Shown here one piece after another: positions 20,609 through 30,936 of a DNA stretch of 64,000 nt. The stretch is from Candidatus Kapaibacterium sp. (GTDB lineage: Bacteria > Bacteroidota > Ignavibacteria > Kapaibacteriales > UBA2268). The translations under genes and the position numbers were made by a program. Under the pieces are notes generated by a model that saw only the letters and a list, made by a program, of their open reading frames with translations, was not told the origin of the DNA and did no database searches. Location of the stretch: positions 2,624,001 through 2,688,000 of the forward strand of contig OY762428.1 of assembly GCA_963665665.1 (NCBI GenBank). The letters run 5' to 3'. Within the stretch, counting starts at the first letter, position 1; every line of letters begins with the position of its first letter.

Positions 20609-21565
20609 TCACTCATCCCTTACACAACGGATAGAATGTCCACCTGGGTCAATATTCCATGGGGAAATCAGGATCATACTACTTTTATAATAGATATGTA
20701 TTGTTCCACACCATATTTCATTATTATTATCGTACCACCAACTTGCTGTTTCGCCTTTGCTCATGTATATACCTTTTTCTCCGTTAATATAGCCTGTAGG
20801 TAATGCACTAAAACCGGTACTATTTGTTGAACCGGGAAATAAATCAACCCAAAGTCCTTTGTCATTATCTGTTAAATATGCTGCTAAGTCAAAACTACTA
20901 AATTTATTTGAATCAAGTAAAACTTTGTCGGCACCAAGATAAGCAAGCAGTTCATCCCAATCCTTTTTCAATGCAACATGCCATCCATTGGGGGCGATAT
21001 TATTTTTTTCCGGATAAAGGATTACTTCATCCCCATATAATTTTCCTAGTTTTTCATCCATTGTTTCTGCCGGATATGCCCAACAGAAGAATCCATTTGT
21101 GCGTATCCAATCAGAAGGATCAAGTCGCCTTTCAAGTCTTGTTCCATTTCTGCATTCTATCAATCCAAGATTCCTCTTCATCCATACCTGCCTGCCGATG
21201 GCAACCGACGGGAAACCTCCGAAGGATTTTACGGTGAAATACAGCTCGTTGCTTTCCTCTTCTGCTTTTTTCACAATTCTGACCTTACCGCTTACTGCAC
21301 CTGTCGGTATTGTCAGGTGAATAACCGTGTCGGCCCATATTCTGTAGCTTTCGGCAGGAACATCGTTGAAATATACCAGGCTGATTCCTCTTTCCCCGCC
21401 GAAATTCTTCCCGTGAAGAATAATATCGTCACCATTATCCGAGGCTGTGGGAAATATTTCAATCAGCTGCGGCATAGTTTCGTTGTTTATTATGTTATTG
21501 CTTTCCTCATCATCAGTGCATGACAGTAGTAGCAGGCTTATGAAAAATACCGGAAAATATTTCAT
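20609..21565 (-). CDS. Lipoprotein with IPT/TIG and FISUMP domains (paralog)
   Basis: Same architecture and length (318 aa); first ~133 aa nearly identical to the neighbour. Confidence 0.88.
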   Translation of the reverse strand: MKYFPVFFISLLLLSCTDDEESNNIINNETMPQLIEIFPTASDNGDDIILHGKNFGGERGISLVYFNDVPAESYRIWADTVIHLTIPTGAVSGKVRIVKKAEEESNELYFTVKSFGGFPSVAIGRQVWMKRNLGLIECRNGTRLERRLDPSDWIRTNGFFCWAYPAETMDEKLGKLYGDEVILYPEKNNIAPNGWHVALKKDWDELLAYLGADKVLLDSNKFSSFDLAAYLTDNDKGLWVDLFPGSTNSTGFSALPTGYINGEKGIYMSKGETASWWYDNNNEIWCGTIHIYYKSSMILISPWNIDPGGHSIRCVRDE

Positions 21566-21577
21566 TTTTTTCTCCTC

Positions 21578-22954
21578 TTATTTCAATATTACTAATTTTT
21601 CAACACGGGAGTCGGTTCCGCGAATTACCCTGAGAAAATACATTCCGTTAGCAATTCCGGAAGTGTTCAGATCGGCCCGGATACCTGAAGAAATTTCCTT
21701 TTCCAGTATTATATTCGAATTAATGTCCAATAATTGAATTTTTGCAGGGATGTTTGAACTTCTGTCAAAATTTATATGCACTTTGCTTCCCGCAGGATTT
21801 GGGAAAACTGAAAATTCTGCCAGTTTATTGTCATCAATACCAACAGGATCGGCAAACCATTTGGCGTTCAGCAGTGTAAGTTTCTTGTAGGATTGGCAGA
21901 GAATATATTTATTGTCCGGGGAAACCTGGAAATACCCCAGATCCGGGAATTCATATATCCTTATTTCTTCCTCATTTTCAATATCAATCACATAAAGTTT
22001 GCAAACCTTATCTTCATAACTTGACACAAGGCAAAATTTTGAATCCATTGAAAAACACATATAACGGCAGCTCGCTAATTCACCGCCAAAATAGATACTG
22101 TCAAGTTTTTCTAACGTATAAGCATCAAAATAAACAATCAGATATGTAGATGTTGCCTGGAAAATTCTTTTTCCGTCAGGAGTAAATTGCACTTCCCAGG
22201 TATTAATATTATTACCTACATAAGGATTGCTTCCATAAAAGACTAAACCTGAGAATCTCGAAATATTTTCCCAATAATTCATTTCCATTATTTTTTGCGA
22301 GAAAGACCAATAGCTGTGATAATCAATATCAAGTGACATAGCAGTAAATAATATTTTAGAATTGTTAGGTGAAAATCTAAATTGATAAAAATTTGGCTTG
22401 CCAAAATAATCAAGATTATATTCACGCTTATAAATTACTTCTTCAGAATCAATATCAAACACCATGAGATTGTTTTCACCACATGATTCATCGTAAGCAG
22501 TGTAATTACCGGTTTTACAACAAGCAAAAAGATATTTTCCGTCATAGTTGAATTTTCCTGTAAATCTGCTACCTTCCTGAAAAGTAAAATATTTTTTCAC
22601 ACCCGGGTCTTCAAGGCTGACTAAATGTATCGTATCATTTATTGCGCCGGGGAACATCAGCCATTTTCCGTTGTTGGAGACTTCGAAGGAAATACTTTCA
22701 AAATCATCCAGTACCCCGGGATATGGAAAATCGCGGATAAATGAGCCGTCTGAAACATTTCTTTCCTCAACGCATTTTTTTTTCGGATCTACTACGAAAA
22801 AAGTGTTTCCGTCGGGATGAAATTGAAACATCCCGAAACCCTCGCCGTGTGAATCTTTTGTTAATTCCCAGGCTATATCCGGCAATTCATCACCCCTGGA
22901 TAAGCTAATGACAGTAATAAAAACAATGATTACTGAAATAAAAGGGTACCTCAT
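21578..22954 (-). CDS. Beta-propeller protein with T9SS type A sorting domain
   Basis: Signal peptide; FHPDG/FSPNN/FTPDG repeats; C-terminal VFPNPA...NGMYFLRV...KLVI. Confidence 0.85.
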   Translation of the reverse strand: MRYPFISVIIVFITVISLSRGDELPDIAWELTKDSHGEGFGMFQFHPDGNTFFVVDPKKKCVEERNVSDGSFIRDFPYPGVLDDFESISFEVSNNGKWLMFPGAINDTIHLVSLEDPGVKKYFTFQEGSRFTGKFNYDGKYLFACCKTGNYTAYDESCGENNLMVFDIDSEEVIYKREYNLDYFGKPNFYQFRFSPNNSKILFTAMSLDIDYHSYWSFSQKIMEMNYWENISRFSGLVFYGSNPYVGNNINTWEVQFTPDGKRIFQATSTYLIVYFDAYTLEKLDSIYFGGELASCRYMCFSMDSKFCLVSSYEDKVCKLYVIDIENEEEIRIYEFPDLGYFQVSPDNKYILCQSYKKLTLLNAKWFADPVGIDDNKLAEFSVFPNPAGSKVHINFDRSSNIPAKIQLLDINSNIILEKEISSGIRADLNTSGIANGMYFLRVIRGTDSRVEKLVILK

Positions 22955-23202
22955 AATATTTCCCCGAGTAATTAATAAACAGACTTGCTGCCCGCGATGG
23001 CAGTTCAGGTCATTTAATTTTTAAAGGGAAAAAATTGCCATTCAATATGATAATATTTCACAATAGTTAACCAACAGACAAATTTAGTGATATTTTTGTT
23101 TTCTACCAATAAATAAAAAATAATTTTTATACTTCTCTAACGTAATTAATTCCATCGTGTATATTTAAATAACACGATGATGACAAAAAGAGCAGGCATA
23201 AT

Positions 23203-23769
23203 TTGAAAAGGGATATAAAAACATATAGCGACAAACAACTGGTAGCTTTGATGCAGGAAAGCAGAAAAAGCTCCGATGCCGCTTTCACGGAAATTTACGA
23301 CCGCTACGGCCTGAGAATTAACGCTTATATCAGGACTATCGTGAATGACTACGAGCAGGCCGAGGATATTTTCCAGGAAACATTCCTGAAATTTTACCAA
23401 TATGCAAGGTCGGACTTCAAGGGCGGCAGTATTATCGGTTTTCTGATAACAATTGCCAGGAATCTTTGCCTTAATGCAAAGCGCGATAAAAAGCATACTG
23501 TTCCCATCGAGGAGTTTAATTTCGTCTTCCAGGATGCTGTGAAGTACGAGGACAAAGAAATGGCAGAGCTGGTAATAATGGCTATGGATTTGATCGGAGA
23601 GAACCATAAGGAAGCGATGACACTGCGTTATTTCAATGGCTTGCGTTATGCTGAAATTGCCGAGATACTTGAGATAACCAATGCACGTGCAAGATACCTG
23701 GTTTTCTCGGGGAAGCAAAAGATCAAAGATGTTTTACATCCCTATTTAAAAGAACTGACAAGTAACTAA
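23203..23769 (+). CDS. ECF RNA polymerase sigma factor
   Basis: AEDIFQETF (region 2), IARNLCLN, and LRYFNGLRYAEIAEIL (region 4). Confidence 0.93.
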   Translation: MKRDIKTYSDKQLVALMQESRKSSDAAFTEIYDRYGLRINAYIRTIVNDYEQAEDIFQETFLKFYQYARSDFKGGSIIGFLITIARNLCLNAKRDKKHTVPIEEFNFVFQDAVKYEDKEMAELVIMAMDLIGENHKEAMTLRYFNGLRYAEIAEILEITNARARYLVFSGKQKIKDVLHPYLKELTSN

Positions 23770-23781
23770 ACCGGTGTGTTT

Positions 23782-25005
23782 ATGAATTATAGTAAATTGA
23801 TACACGATTTTCTCGAAGGCAATATTTCCAAAAAGGATGAATCTGCCCTGTTTATGAGTATGTCATCACATGATGAGCTGCGGAGCGAATTGAAGCAGGC
23901 AATCAAAATAGACAAGGCTTTTGAAACACGCCTCAGTGCAATGGCTCCTTCTGCCAAAACAACCATGGGGATATTTAATAAGCTTGGTATTGTAGCGCCC
24001 GGTGCTGCTGCGGCTACTGCCGCTGCTCCTAAAACGGGATTCTTCGGCAACGTGTTCTCGAAATTCGGGCAGGGGCTGGTTGGAGCCGGAATTGCATCAT
24101 TATTATTTGTGGGAACTTATTTTACATTCCTCAATAACGGAAACGGACAGGGCTCGGATAATATACAAAAAGCCGTGCCTGTGATCACTTCCATCGAGGA
24201 TGAGAACAAACCGGATGCCAAACCTGCTGATAATATTAACCCGCAAGTAAATAATAGTTCCGAGGAAAAAGTAAAAACAGTTATAAAATATGTTTATATC
24301 GACCGCTCGGCTGATAAATCAGATGATCAAATTGATCCTGCCCATGCTGAAAATACTTCTGCCGGGGATAGTCAGTCTCCAAATCTGATTAATTCCAAAG
24401 AGCTGAATAATATTAACTATTACAATGAACTTTATCCCGAAGGATTCTTATCGGAAAATAATTTTACACCTGTTCCAGCAATGGACTATGAACCATTGTC
24501 CAAAAATCTTAATATTCCATCATTCTACGGCCTTGCATTTGAAATAAGGGCTGTAAGAAACTGGACTAATCCCGAATCGGAAGATGTTCATTCCACAACT
24601 CCGAAATTGAACAATATGGGGGCTGCCGTATTCTACGAGTTAAGCCCGAGAATGCTTGTAGGCCTTGATTTCCGCCAGGAGAAATTCTACCAGAAATTTG
24701 AAGGAAAAGATCAGTTCAATGACCTTTACGAGTACAGGCAATTTTCCAATTATCTCGGCATTTCTGCAGCTCTGCGTTATAGATTAATTTATGACAGTTC
24801 TTATAATATTTTCGGGCAGATGAATCTTGGCGGTGTGCAGACAGGTTTCCTCGGAAGGATTTCCGGCGGACTCGAAATTACGCCTTCGGATTCATACAGC
24901 ATGATAATCAGCCTTGAAGGCAGCTCCATGCTGTTCAAACATCAGAATTCATGGTGGATTGCTCCGAAGTATGGCGTTAACTATGGTTTCAATATAAAAC
25001 TTTAA
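23782..25005 (+). CDS. Putative anti-sigma factor with TM helix and C-terminal beta-barrel
   Basis: Follows the ECF gene; N-terminal ASD-like helices, one TM (GLVGAGIASLLFVGTYFTFL), polar linker, then amphipathic strands ending YGFNIKL. Confidence 0.65.
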   Translation: MNYSKLIHDFLEGNISKKDESALFMSMSSHDELRSELKQAIKIDKAFETRLSAMAPSAKTTMGIFNKLGIVAPGAAAATAAAPKTGFFGNVFSKFGQGLVGAGIASLLFVGTYFTFLNNGNGQGSDNIQKAVPVITSIEDENKPDAKPADNINPQVNNSSEEKVKTVIKYVYIDRSADKSDDQIDPAHAENTSAGDSQSPNLINSKELNNINYYNELYPEGFLSENNFTPVPAMDYEPLSKNLNIPSFYGLAFEIRAVRNWTNPESEDVHSTTPKLNNMGAAVFYELSPRMLVGLDFRQEKFYQKFEGKDQFNDLYEYRQFSNYLGISAALRYRLIYDSSYNIFGQMNLGGVQTGFLGRISGGLEITPSDSYSMIISLEGSSMLFKHQNSWWIAPKYGVNYGFNIKL

Positions 25006-25012
25006 GCAGCGG

Positions 25013-25666
25013 ATGAAAAGAGTAAAATATATATCTTTTTTAGCAATGCTGTTAGTATTAGCAGGATTCTATTCATGCGATGACAGCCTTGGTTACGATC
25101 CGAATGTGGAAAGCACTTTGCTGGAAAAGGATATTAATATTGAAGAGCCGGATACAAGCGATAATTCAGGGAATCCTGATCCCGAATTAACTGTGAAGAT
25201 TGACTCGATTTCCTACCAGTTCTATGAAACAATCAGGCCCGGATGGATCAATTTTGACTGGAAGTATTCATCTGATAATGATGTAAAGTTGATGCTTGAC
25301 GAGGAAGACAGGCTTTATCTGCAGCTGTCAGTAAAATTGAATAATACCAATACAGACAGGGAATTAGAAAACAGGTATGATTATATCAGCTATTTTGAAA
25401 TGGATTTTATGTCAGAAGTAAAAACAACTGCTTTTGCTCTTGATAAGGGATCAACATCCAACCGCTGGGCTTATATTGAAATAACTAAGTTGCCTGATTC
25501 TAAATACCAGTATAACGGTTCAACTCTCAGGTATGCGCCGGTCCTGAATATGACTCACGATGATGAAAAGCATATAATTACCTGCCAGATACATGTTTTC
25601 CTGAAAAAAAATTATTTCCATACAGAGGATTTTGGCGGTTTGATACACGTGTATTACAGTTATTGA
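25013..25666 (+). CDS. Hypothetical lipoprotein
   Basis: Signal peptide II with FYSC followed by acidic residues (DD). Confidence 0.75.
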   Translation: MKRVKYISFLAMLLVLAGFYSCDDSLGYDPNVESTLLEKDINIEEPDTSDNSGNPDPELTVKIDSISYQFYETIRPGWINFDWKYSSDNDVKLMLDEEDRLYLQLSVKLNNTNTDRELENRYDYISYFEMDFMSEVKTTAFALDKGSTSNRWAYIEITKLPDSKYQYNGSTLRYAPVLNMTHDDEKHIITCQIHVFLKKNYFHTEDFGGLIHVYYSY

Positions 25667-25785
25667 CGATTACTTACCAAACATAGATTTCTTCTTTATT
25701 TGCACTCATAACCAACAACACCTATCCGGCTTTGCAGCCGGATTGTTTTTTGATAAATAGCCAGAGTTCCGGGCTGTCTTTGCCT

Positions 25786-26093
25786 TCCCCTGTGCTTTCC
25801 GAGTGTTTCCTCATGCTTTCCGAGCGTTCCCCCGTGCTTTCCGAGCATTCCCTCATGCTTTCTGAGCGTTCCCCCGTGCTTTCCGAGCATTCCCTCATGC
25901 TTTCCGAGCGTTCCCTCATGCTTTCCGAGCATTCCCCCGTGCTTTCTGAGCATTCCCTCATGCTTTCCGAGCATTCCCTCATGCTTTCCGAGCATTCCCT
26001 CATGCTTTCTGAGCGTTCCCCCGTGCTTTCTGAGCGTTCCCCCGTGCTTTCTGAGCGTTCCCCCGTGCTTTCTGAGCGTTCCCCCGTGCTTTC
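25786..26093. repeat. 21-bp tandem repeat, about 14.5 copies
   Basis: Unit RTGCTTTCYGAGCRTTCCCYC, which reads ESTGERS/ESMRECS on the minus strand. Confidence 0.95.
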
Positions 26094-26394
26094 GTAATTA
26101 TTATTTTGGACATAATTTAGCTCAGATAAGGGACAGTGTGTATCTATAGATATTACGAAAGCAATATCAGGAGCAGTTGAATTGTAAAATATTCCGGGAT
26201 TACGATTTTTAAGTATCATTTTTTATTAAAATGGTTTAGATGTTTCGGAGAATATAAACATAATATTGCCGGAAGCAAGGGTAAATAATAATTATAATGC
26301 TGAGAGTTGCTTCTATAAAACGGAGTGTCTGGATTGATAACGAAATAAAGAATAATATCGGGAACTTAATCATGTTTCCTGATATTTGCAGGGC

Positions 26395-27480
26395 TTACAT
26401 GATAAAGTATATTCCGTTGTAGGAGAAACTCAGGCCGAGAATAATTATCGTTGCCCAGCCGATTGTTTTTCTTGTTGCGCCGATATCGTCATAATCGCCC
26501 ACCGGGGGATGAGGCAGCTTTAGGAAAAACTTTGCGATCAGTCCCCAGAACAGCCAGCCTCCCCATCCCTGAAAGTACCAGGGAATAATATCATGGAGCA
26601 TATCCAGCGGTGGATAAAAAATACTTTGTATAAACTGAGCCGTGCTGCTTTCGAAAGTGCTCCCGAGGAATAAATATAATTCGTTAATGATTGATCCCGA
26701 GCCTATTGCAATCATTACTATCCATAAAATTTTTGCAATTTTTTTCTGTTTCTTTCCGAACATGGAGTAAAGTATATGCCCCCCGTCGAGCTGTCCGAAA
26801 GGCAGCATATTCAGGGTTGTAACAAACAGCCCGAACCAGCCTACATTCAGAAATGGATAATGATATATTTCATTCATTGGGGGAAGGAACCCATCGTGAT
26901 TTGCAAACAATTTAGCAAATATTGTATATAGAAGTGTATCGCCGAAAAACAGGCTTGTTTCTGGAATTTTTCCGCCGTTTTCAAGGTATTCCGGGTGGAT
27001 GCTGTAAATAAAATCAATTCCCGGAAGTGTTTGCAATCCGATGATAAGAAAGATAATGCAGACTATGAAACCGGCAATCGGGCCGGCAGCCCCAATATCA
27101 AAGAGGGCTTTGCGGCTTGGTATGGGAGAGCGGGTTTTTATAACGGCTCCGAAAGTACCGAAATTGATCGGGAATATATAATATAGCGGGGGAAATGGTA
27201 TAAAAAATGGCAGCGAAGCCTTCACTCCATGTGCCTTTGCAGCGAAGTAATGTCCAAATTCATGGGCGCTCAGGAATGTCAGTATCAGGACTGCGTAAAG
27301 CAATCCTTCACCCCATGTTGTTATTTCAAATACATTTGCTCCTGCCCATGCAGCCCCGGCTATTACACATGTAAGAAATGTAAATAAAAACAGTATAATG
27401 TGAGTACTTGCTTTACTTTCCCTTCCGGGATGTTGTGATTTCAGCCCGAGGGCTATTAATATTTTTCTTATAAAACCCAT
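26395..27480 (-). CDS. Site-2 protease family (M50) membrane metalloprotease
   Basis: HEFGH, GTFGAVI, AGPIAG, LNMLPFGQLDGGH. Confidence 0.93.
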   Translation of the reverse strand: MGFIRKILIALGLKSQHPGRESKASTHIILFLFTFLTCVIAGAAWAGANVFEITTWGEGLLYAVLILTFLSAHEFGHYFAAKAHGVKASLPFFIPFPPLYYIFPINFGTFGAVIKTRSPIPSRKALFDIGAAGPIAGFIVCIIFLIIGLQTLPGIDFIYSIHPEYLENGGKIPETSLFFGDTLLYTIFAKLFANHDGFLPPMNEIYHYPFLNVGWFGLFVTTLNMLPFGQLDGGHILYSMFGKKQKKIAKILWIVMIAIGSGSIINELYLFLGSTFESSTAQFIQSIFYPPLDMLHDIIPWYFQGWGGWLFWGLIAKFFLKLPHPPVGDYDDIGATRKTIGWATIIILGLSFSYNGIYFIM

Positions 27481-27577
27481 TGTTAATTTGATAGTATCAG
27501 TATTGAAAATGTTTTGAGTAATTTTTTAATTTATACCAGTTTGTTTGTCGGATCTTTTTTTAATCCCAAATCCTTCT

Positions 27578-27602
27578 TCTTTCGGATAAGATATCCGAAA
27601 GA
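27578..27602 (-). terminator. Hairpin downstream of the TMTC-like gene
   Basis: TCTTTCGGAT-aagat-ATCCGAAAGA inverted repeat; no clear U-tract. Confidence 0.4.
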
Positions 27603-27638
27603 GTATGGGTAAAGAGTTCACAATTTTAAAAAAATTAC

Positions 27639-29795
27639 TTACCTTATCCTTCTTAATAGTATTGCTGCGTCCTTATATTGCGGATTAACTTCCAAAGCCC
27701 TTTGCAGCAGTTGAACGGCCTGCGGACGTTTCCCAATAGTGGCAAGAATTCTCGCGGCATAATAAAGTGTTTCAACATCATTAGGATAAATACCAAGATG
27801 TTTCAGGTAGCAATCCAGTGCCTTACGGGGTTTTCCGATTTTTTCGTAGCTCATACCGCAGAACTTACTTACTCCGAGATAATCGGGTTTGGCATTAACG
27901 ATTACGGAGTAGTCTTTAATTGCTTTTTCAAAGTCTTCCATGTAATAATAGCAGGTAGCCCTGTTGAAAAGGTGTTTGATATTACCGGGTTCCAGGTTCA
28001 GCGCCCGTGAATAGTTTTCAATAGCAGCGTCATATTGTTTAGCAAGGAAATAAACTTCGCCGATTGAAGAATAAATTGAAGGAACACGGGGTGAAATTTT
28101 CAGTGCTCTTTGGTAATCGGCTATGGCACTGTCGGCCATTCCCGCACCCTTGTAAGCATTGCCTCGGTTGATATAGTTGTTGATCAGGTCCGGGTATTCC
28201 TTAATAAACCTTGTATAATTGGCAACTGCACTGTCCCACATCTGCAACTTGTAGTAAGCATTTGCAAGATTATTATAATTTGCGTAACTCCATTTGTTCA
28301 TGTGCAGTATTCGGGCGTAATCATCAGCAGCCTCGCGGAAATTTTCCATTTTCATGTATGTATTTCCCCTGTTCTGCAGGGCAAAATCAAAATCAGGATA
28401 AAGGTCCAGCGCCCAGTTGAAATCCTCAAGGGCTTTATCGTAATCCCCGGCATTGTAATATGCCATACCCCTGCCGTTATATGGCCTGGCTTTGTTTGGA
28501 GATTTTTCAATAGCATCGCTCCATAATGCCATGGGGTTTTCCCAAACGGTATTTCGGGAAATAGTGCAGGCCAGGAAGATCAATATAATTGCGGCATTAA
28601 TTCCGATAGCGGCTGTCTTTTTCTTCTTCAAAAGGCCGAAAAGGAAGAGATTAAATACAAGTATGATACCAAAAATCGGCAGGTAAACCCTGTGTTCCAC
28701 CATCACATCCAGGATGGGGATAAAACTTGATTCTATACTGATTGTAAGGAAGAACCAGAAAATACCAAAGGACGCAAGCCTGTTTTTTCTGAACAGAATA
28801 ATTGCAAATATTATAATTGCCAATAGAATTGCCGCCCCGCCCATTACCGGGAATTCAAAGAAACTTGTGGCAACTTCTACATTGTGGTCAATGTTCTGGC
28901 CAGCCGGAAAGAATATCATCTTCAGGTATTCCGGAATAACCTTCAGCTGGGTATAGAAATATGTAAAGTTATCAATAGTTTCGCCGGTATATGCCGTATA
29001 TTCCTTTATTATAAGGCGGTACATCCTGAATTTAATAAAAATAAAAGCCCCGCCTGCAAGCGGCAGAAGGAATAAAAGTATATACCTGAATTTGATCTTT
29101 CTTGAGAAAAGGAAAATCTCGATCATGATTATCATAATCGGGAGTGTAAAACCGTTTTCCTTCGAGAACATTGCCATAACAAGAGTTAGAAATGCCGGCC
29201 CAAAATACCTGATCTTTTTTGTAAACCCTCCCTGTTCAATCCTGCCCATGATATATAATAATACCGTACTTAGATAAAACAGAGTTACTATTGAAGTCAG
29301 GCGCTGGTAGATATAAGCTACGGCCTGGGTTTGCATGGGGTGGACGATGAAAATCAGTGCGGTAAGCAAAGCAATGTATTTAGCATATTCTTTTTGGGAA
29401 GAATTCTCAAGCGCCGGAGTTTCGAACAGTAACAAAACAAGGCGCCATACCAGCATTCCGTTTATTATATGGATAAGTATATTGAACAAATGATAGGAAT
29501 ACAGGTCGAATCCGGATATTGCATAGTTTATGGCAAAAGTATAAAAAGAAACAACACGGAAACGGTTTATCCCGAAAATTTCCGAGAAGTTACCGAGGTC
29601 CCTTAACTGAGAGAAGTTCATCCAGACATGGTCATCGAAGTTGGCTTCGTTACCGAAAATATTGATATAAGCTATTGTACATAAAATAATTATCAGCATT
29701 CCGCCAAGATAAAGATAGTTCCTGCCCTGGAACAACTCGTCGATATTGAAATTTGATTTTTTAATCTTTTTGGATTTTCCGCTTTTCCCTGCCAT
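27639..29795 (-). CDS. TMTC-like multi-TM glycosyltransferase (GT-C) with TPR repeats
   Basis: FDD loop, HPMQTQAVAYI.QR, FSKE, EHRVYLP, RNTVW...LW, followed by about 8 TPRs. Confidence 0.82.
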   Translation of the reverse strand: MAGKSGKSKKIKKSNFNIDELFQGRNYLYLGGMLIIILCTIAYINIFGNEANFDDHVWMNFSQLRDLGNFSEIFGINRFRVVSFYTFAINYAISGFDLYSYHLFNILIHIINGMLVWRLVLLLFETPALENSSQKEYAKYIALLTALIFIVHPMQTQAVAYIYQRLTSIVTLFYLSTVLLYIMGRIEQGGFTKKIRYFGPAFLTLVMAMFSKENGFTLPIMIIMIEIFLFSRKIKFRYILLFLLPLAGGAFIFIKFRMYRLIIKEYTAYTGETIDNFTYFYTQLKVIPEYLKMIFFPAGQNIDHNVEVATSFFEFPVMGGAAILLAIIIFAIILFRKNRLASFGIFWFFLTISIESSFIPILDVMVEHRVYLPIFGIILVFNLFLFGLLKKKKTAAIGINAAIILIFLACTISRNTVWENPMALWSDAIEKSPNKARPYNGRGMAYYNAGDYDKALEDFNWALDLYPDFDFALQNRGNTYMKMENFREAADDYARILHMNKWSYANYNNLANAYYKLQMWDSAVANYTRFIKEYPDLINNYINRGNAYKGAGMADSAIADYQRALKISPRVPSIYSSIGEVYFLAKQYDAAIENYSRALNLEPGNIKHLFNRATCYYYMEDFEKAIKDYSVIVNAKPDYLGVSKFCGMSYEKIGKPRKALDCYLKHLGIYPNDVETLYYAARILATIGKRPQAVQLLQRALEVNPQYKDAAILLRRIR

Positions 29796-29853
29796 AACAC
29801 TTGTGTTTTAATATGAATAATATATGATCTCAATATAATGCTATTGAAGAAAT

Positions 29854-29888
29854 AAAAAAAGCGGATTACCCTGTTAGACAATCCGCTT
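29854..29888 (-). terminator. Intrinsic terminator
   Basis: AAGCGGATT...AATCCGCTT with a U7 tract on the minus strand. Confidence 0.75.
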
Positions 29889-29904
29889 AATCAGAAACTT
29901 AAAA

Positions 29905-30936
29905 TTATTTAACTTTGATAAGCCTTGTGGATTTTTTTGTGCCGTTATAGTTAATTTCGCAGATATAAGCACCATCCCTGAGGTTGCTTAAGTTTATGCT
30001 ATAATTACTAAAGCCGGCAGTTGCATCTCCGCTGAATACATTCATCATTTTCTCTCCGGCGATATTGAAAATATTTATTTCAATATTCGCGGGTTTGTCA
30101 AGTGTCAGTTCCAGGCTTGCTTTGTCTTTTGCGGGGTTTGGGCTGACGCGGATCTCGATATTGTCTGAATCTTCATCTGTTTCCACCCATCGCGGGTTGT
30201 TAATAAGCGCTGCTTTGCCATTTTCTGTTTTATCGGCGCTAACTGTGCCTTTACCTTCGTTAAAGGGCAGGTAAAGTACCAGGTTGTCTTCATTTCCTGA
30301 CATATAGGAAGCATGTGTGGCTGCAATATCCTGCTGGGAGCGAATTGTATTCCATATTTTTACTTCGTCAATCTGGCCGTTGAAGTGCCCACCGTAAGAT
30401 AATTCGGAATATTCGGCAGTTTCCCTGTCGCCAATAAAAAGCGGTTCGTTATCAAGATCGATATCAAAACCTGTTTCGCCTTCGGCAGCAAGAGCTCCGT
30501 CAATGTATAGTTCAGCTTTGTGATTGTCTGCTGTAAATGCCAGGTGAGTCCACTTGCCGACAACAGCTGTACCGGGTTCAGTCGAGATGTGTTTTTGGAA
30601 ACCGTCTTTAGAGCTCAAAGTAAGCCAGAAGCATTTCTTATCCTGATCGAGATAAAGTGCGAAAGCTTCGTTGCTGTGGTCAAGATTGTTTTTCTTGAAC
30701 AAAATAAACTGACGGATTTCATTATTTCCGAATTTTTCGGAAGTCATGGCATCAACCTTTACCCATGCCTCGGCAGTAATAGCATTTGTTTCCATAGCTT
30801 TGAAGTGAGGTACAAGAACAACATCGTCGAGGCCGTCGAAATCAAGGCCTGCCGGAGTGAATGAATTTGCATAAGAATTATTCCCTGCCATTGCCAGAAG
30901 AATTATCACGAAAATTGAAGCTAAGAGCTTATTCAT
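29905..30936 (-). CDS. LamG-like jelly-roll protein with T9SS sorting domain
   Basis: LDFDG.DD, TAEAWVK, WTHLA, FNGQIDEVKIWN, then VSPNPA...GAYIC. Confidence 0.88.
   Translation of the reverse strand: MNKLLASIFVIILLAMAGNNSYANSFTPAGLDFDGLDDVVLVPHFKAMETNAITAEAWVKVDAMTSEKFGNNEIRQFILFKKNNLDHSNEAFALYLDQDKKCFWLTLSSKDGFQKHISTEPGTAVVGKWTHLAFTADNHKAELYIDGALAAEGETGFDIDLDNEPLFIGDRETAEYSELSYGGHFNGQIDEVKIWNTIRSQQDIAATHASYMSGNEDNLVLYLPFNEGKGTVSADKTENGKAALINNPRWVETDEDSDNIEIRVSPNPAKDKASLELTLDKPANIEINIFNIAGEKMMNVFSGDATAGFSNYSINLSNLRDGAYICEINYNGTKKSTRLIKVK

Noticed and set aside
19566-21565. Diversity-generating retroelement acting on the FISUMP genes
   Set aside because: Differences span the whole domain, include indels and are not adenine-restricted; no reverse transcriptase or template repeat in the window.
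25786-26093. CRISPR array
   Set aside because: Head-to-tail 21-bp units with no unique spacers.
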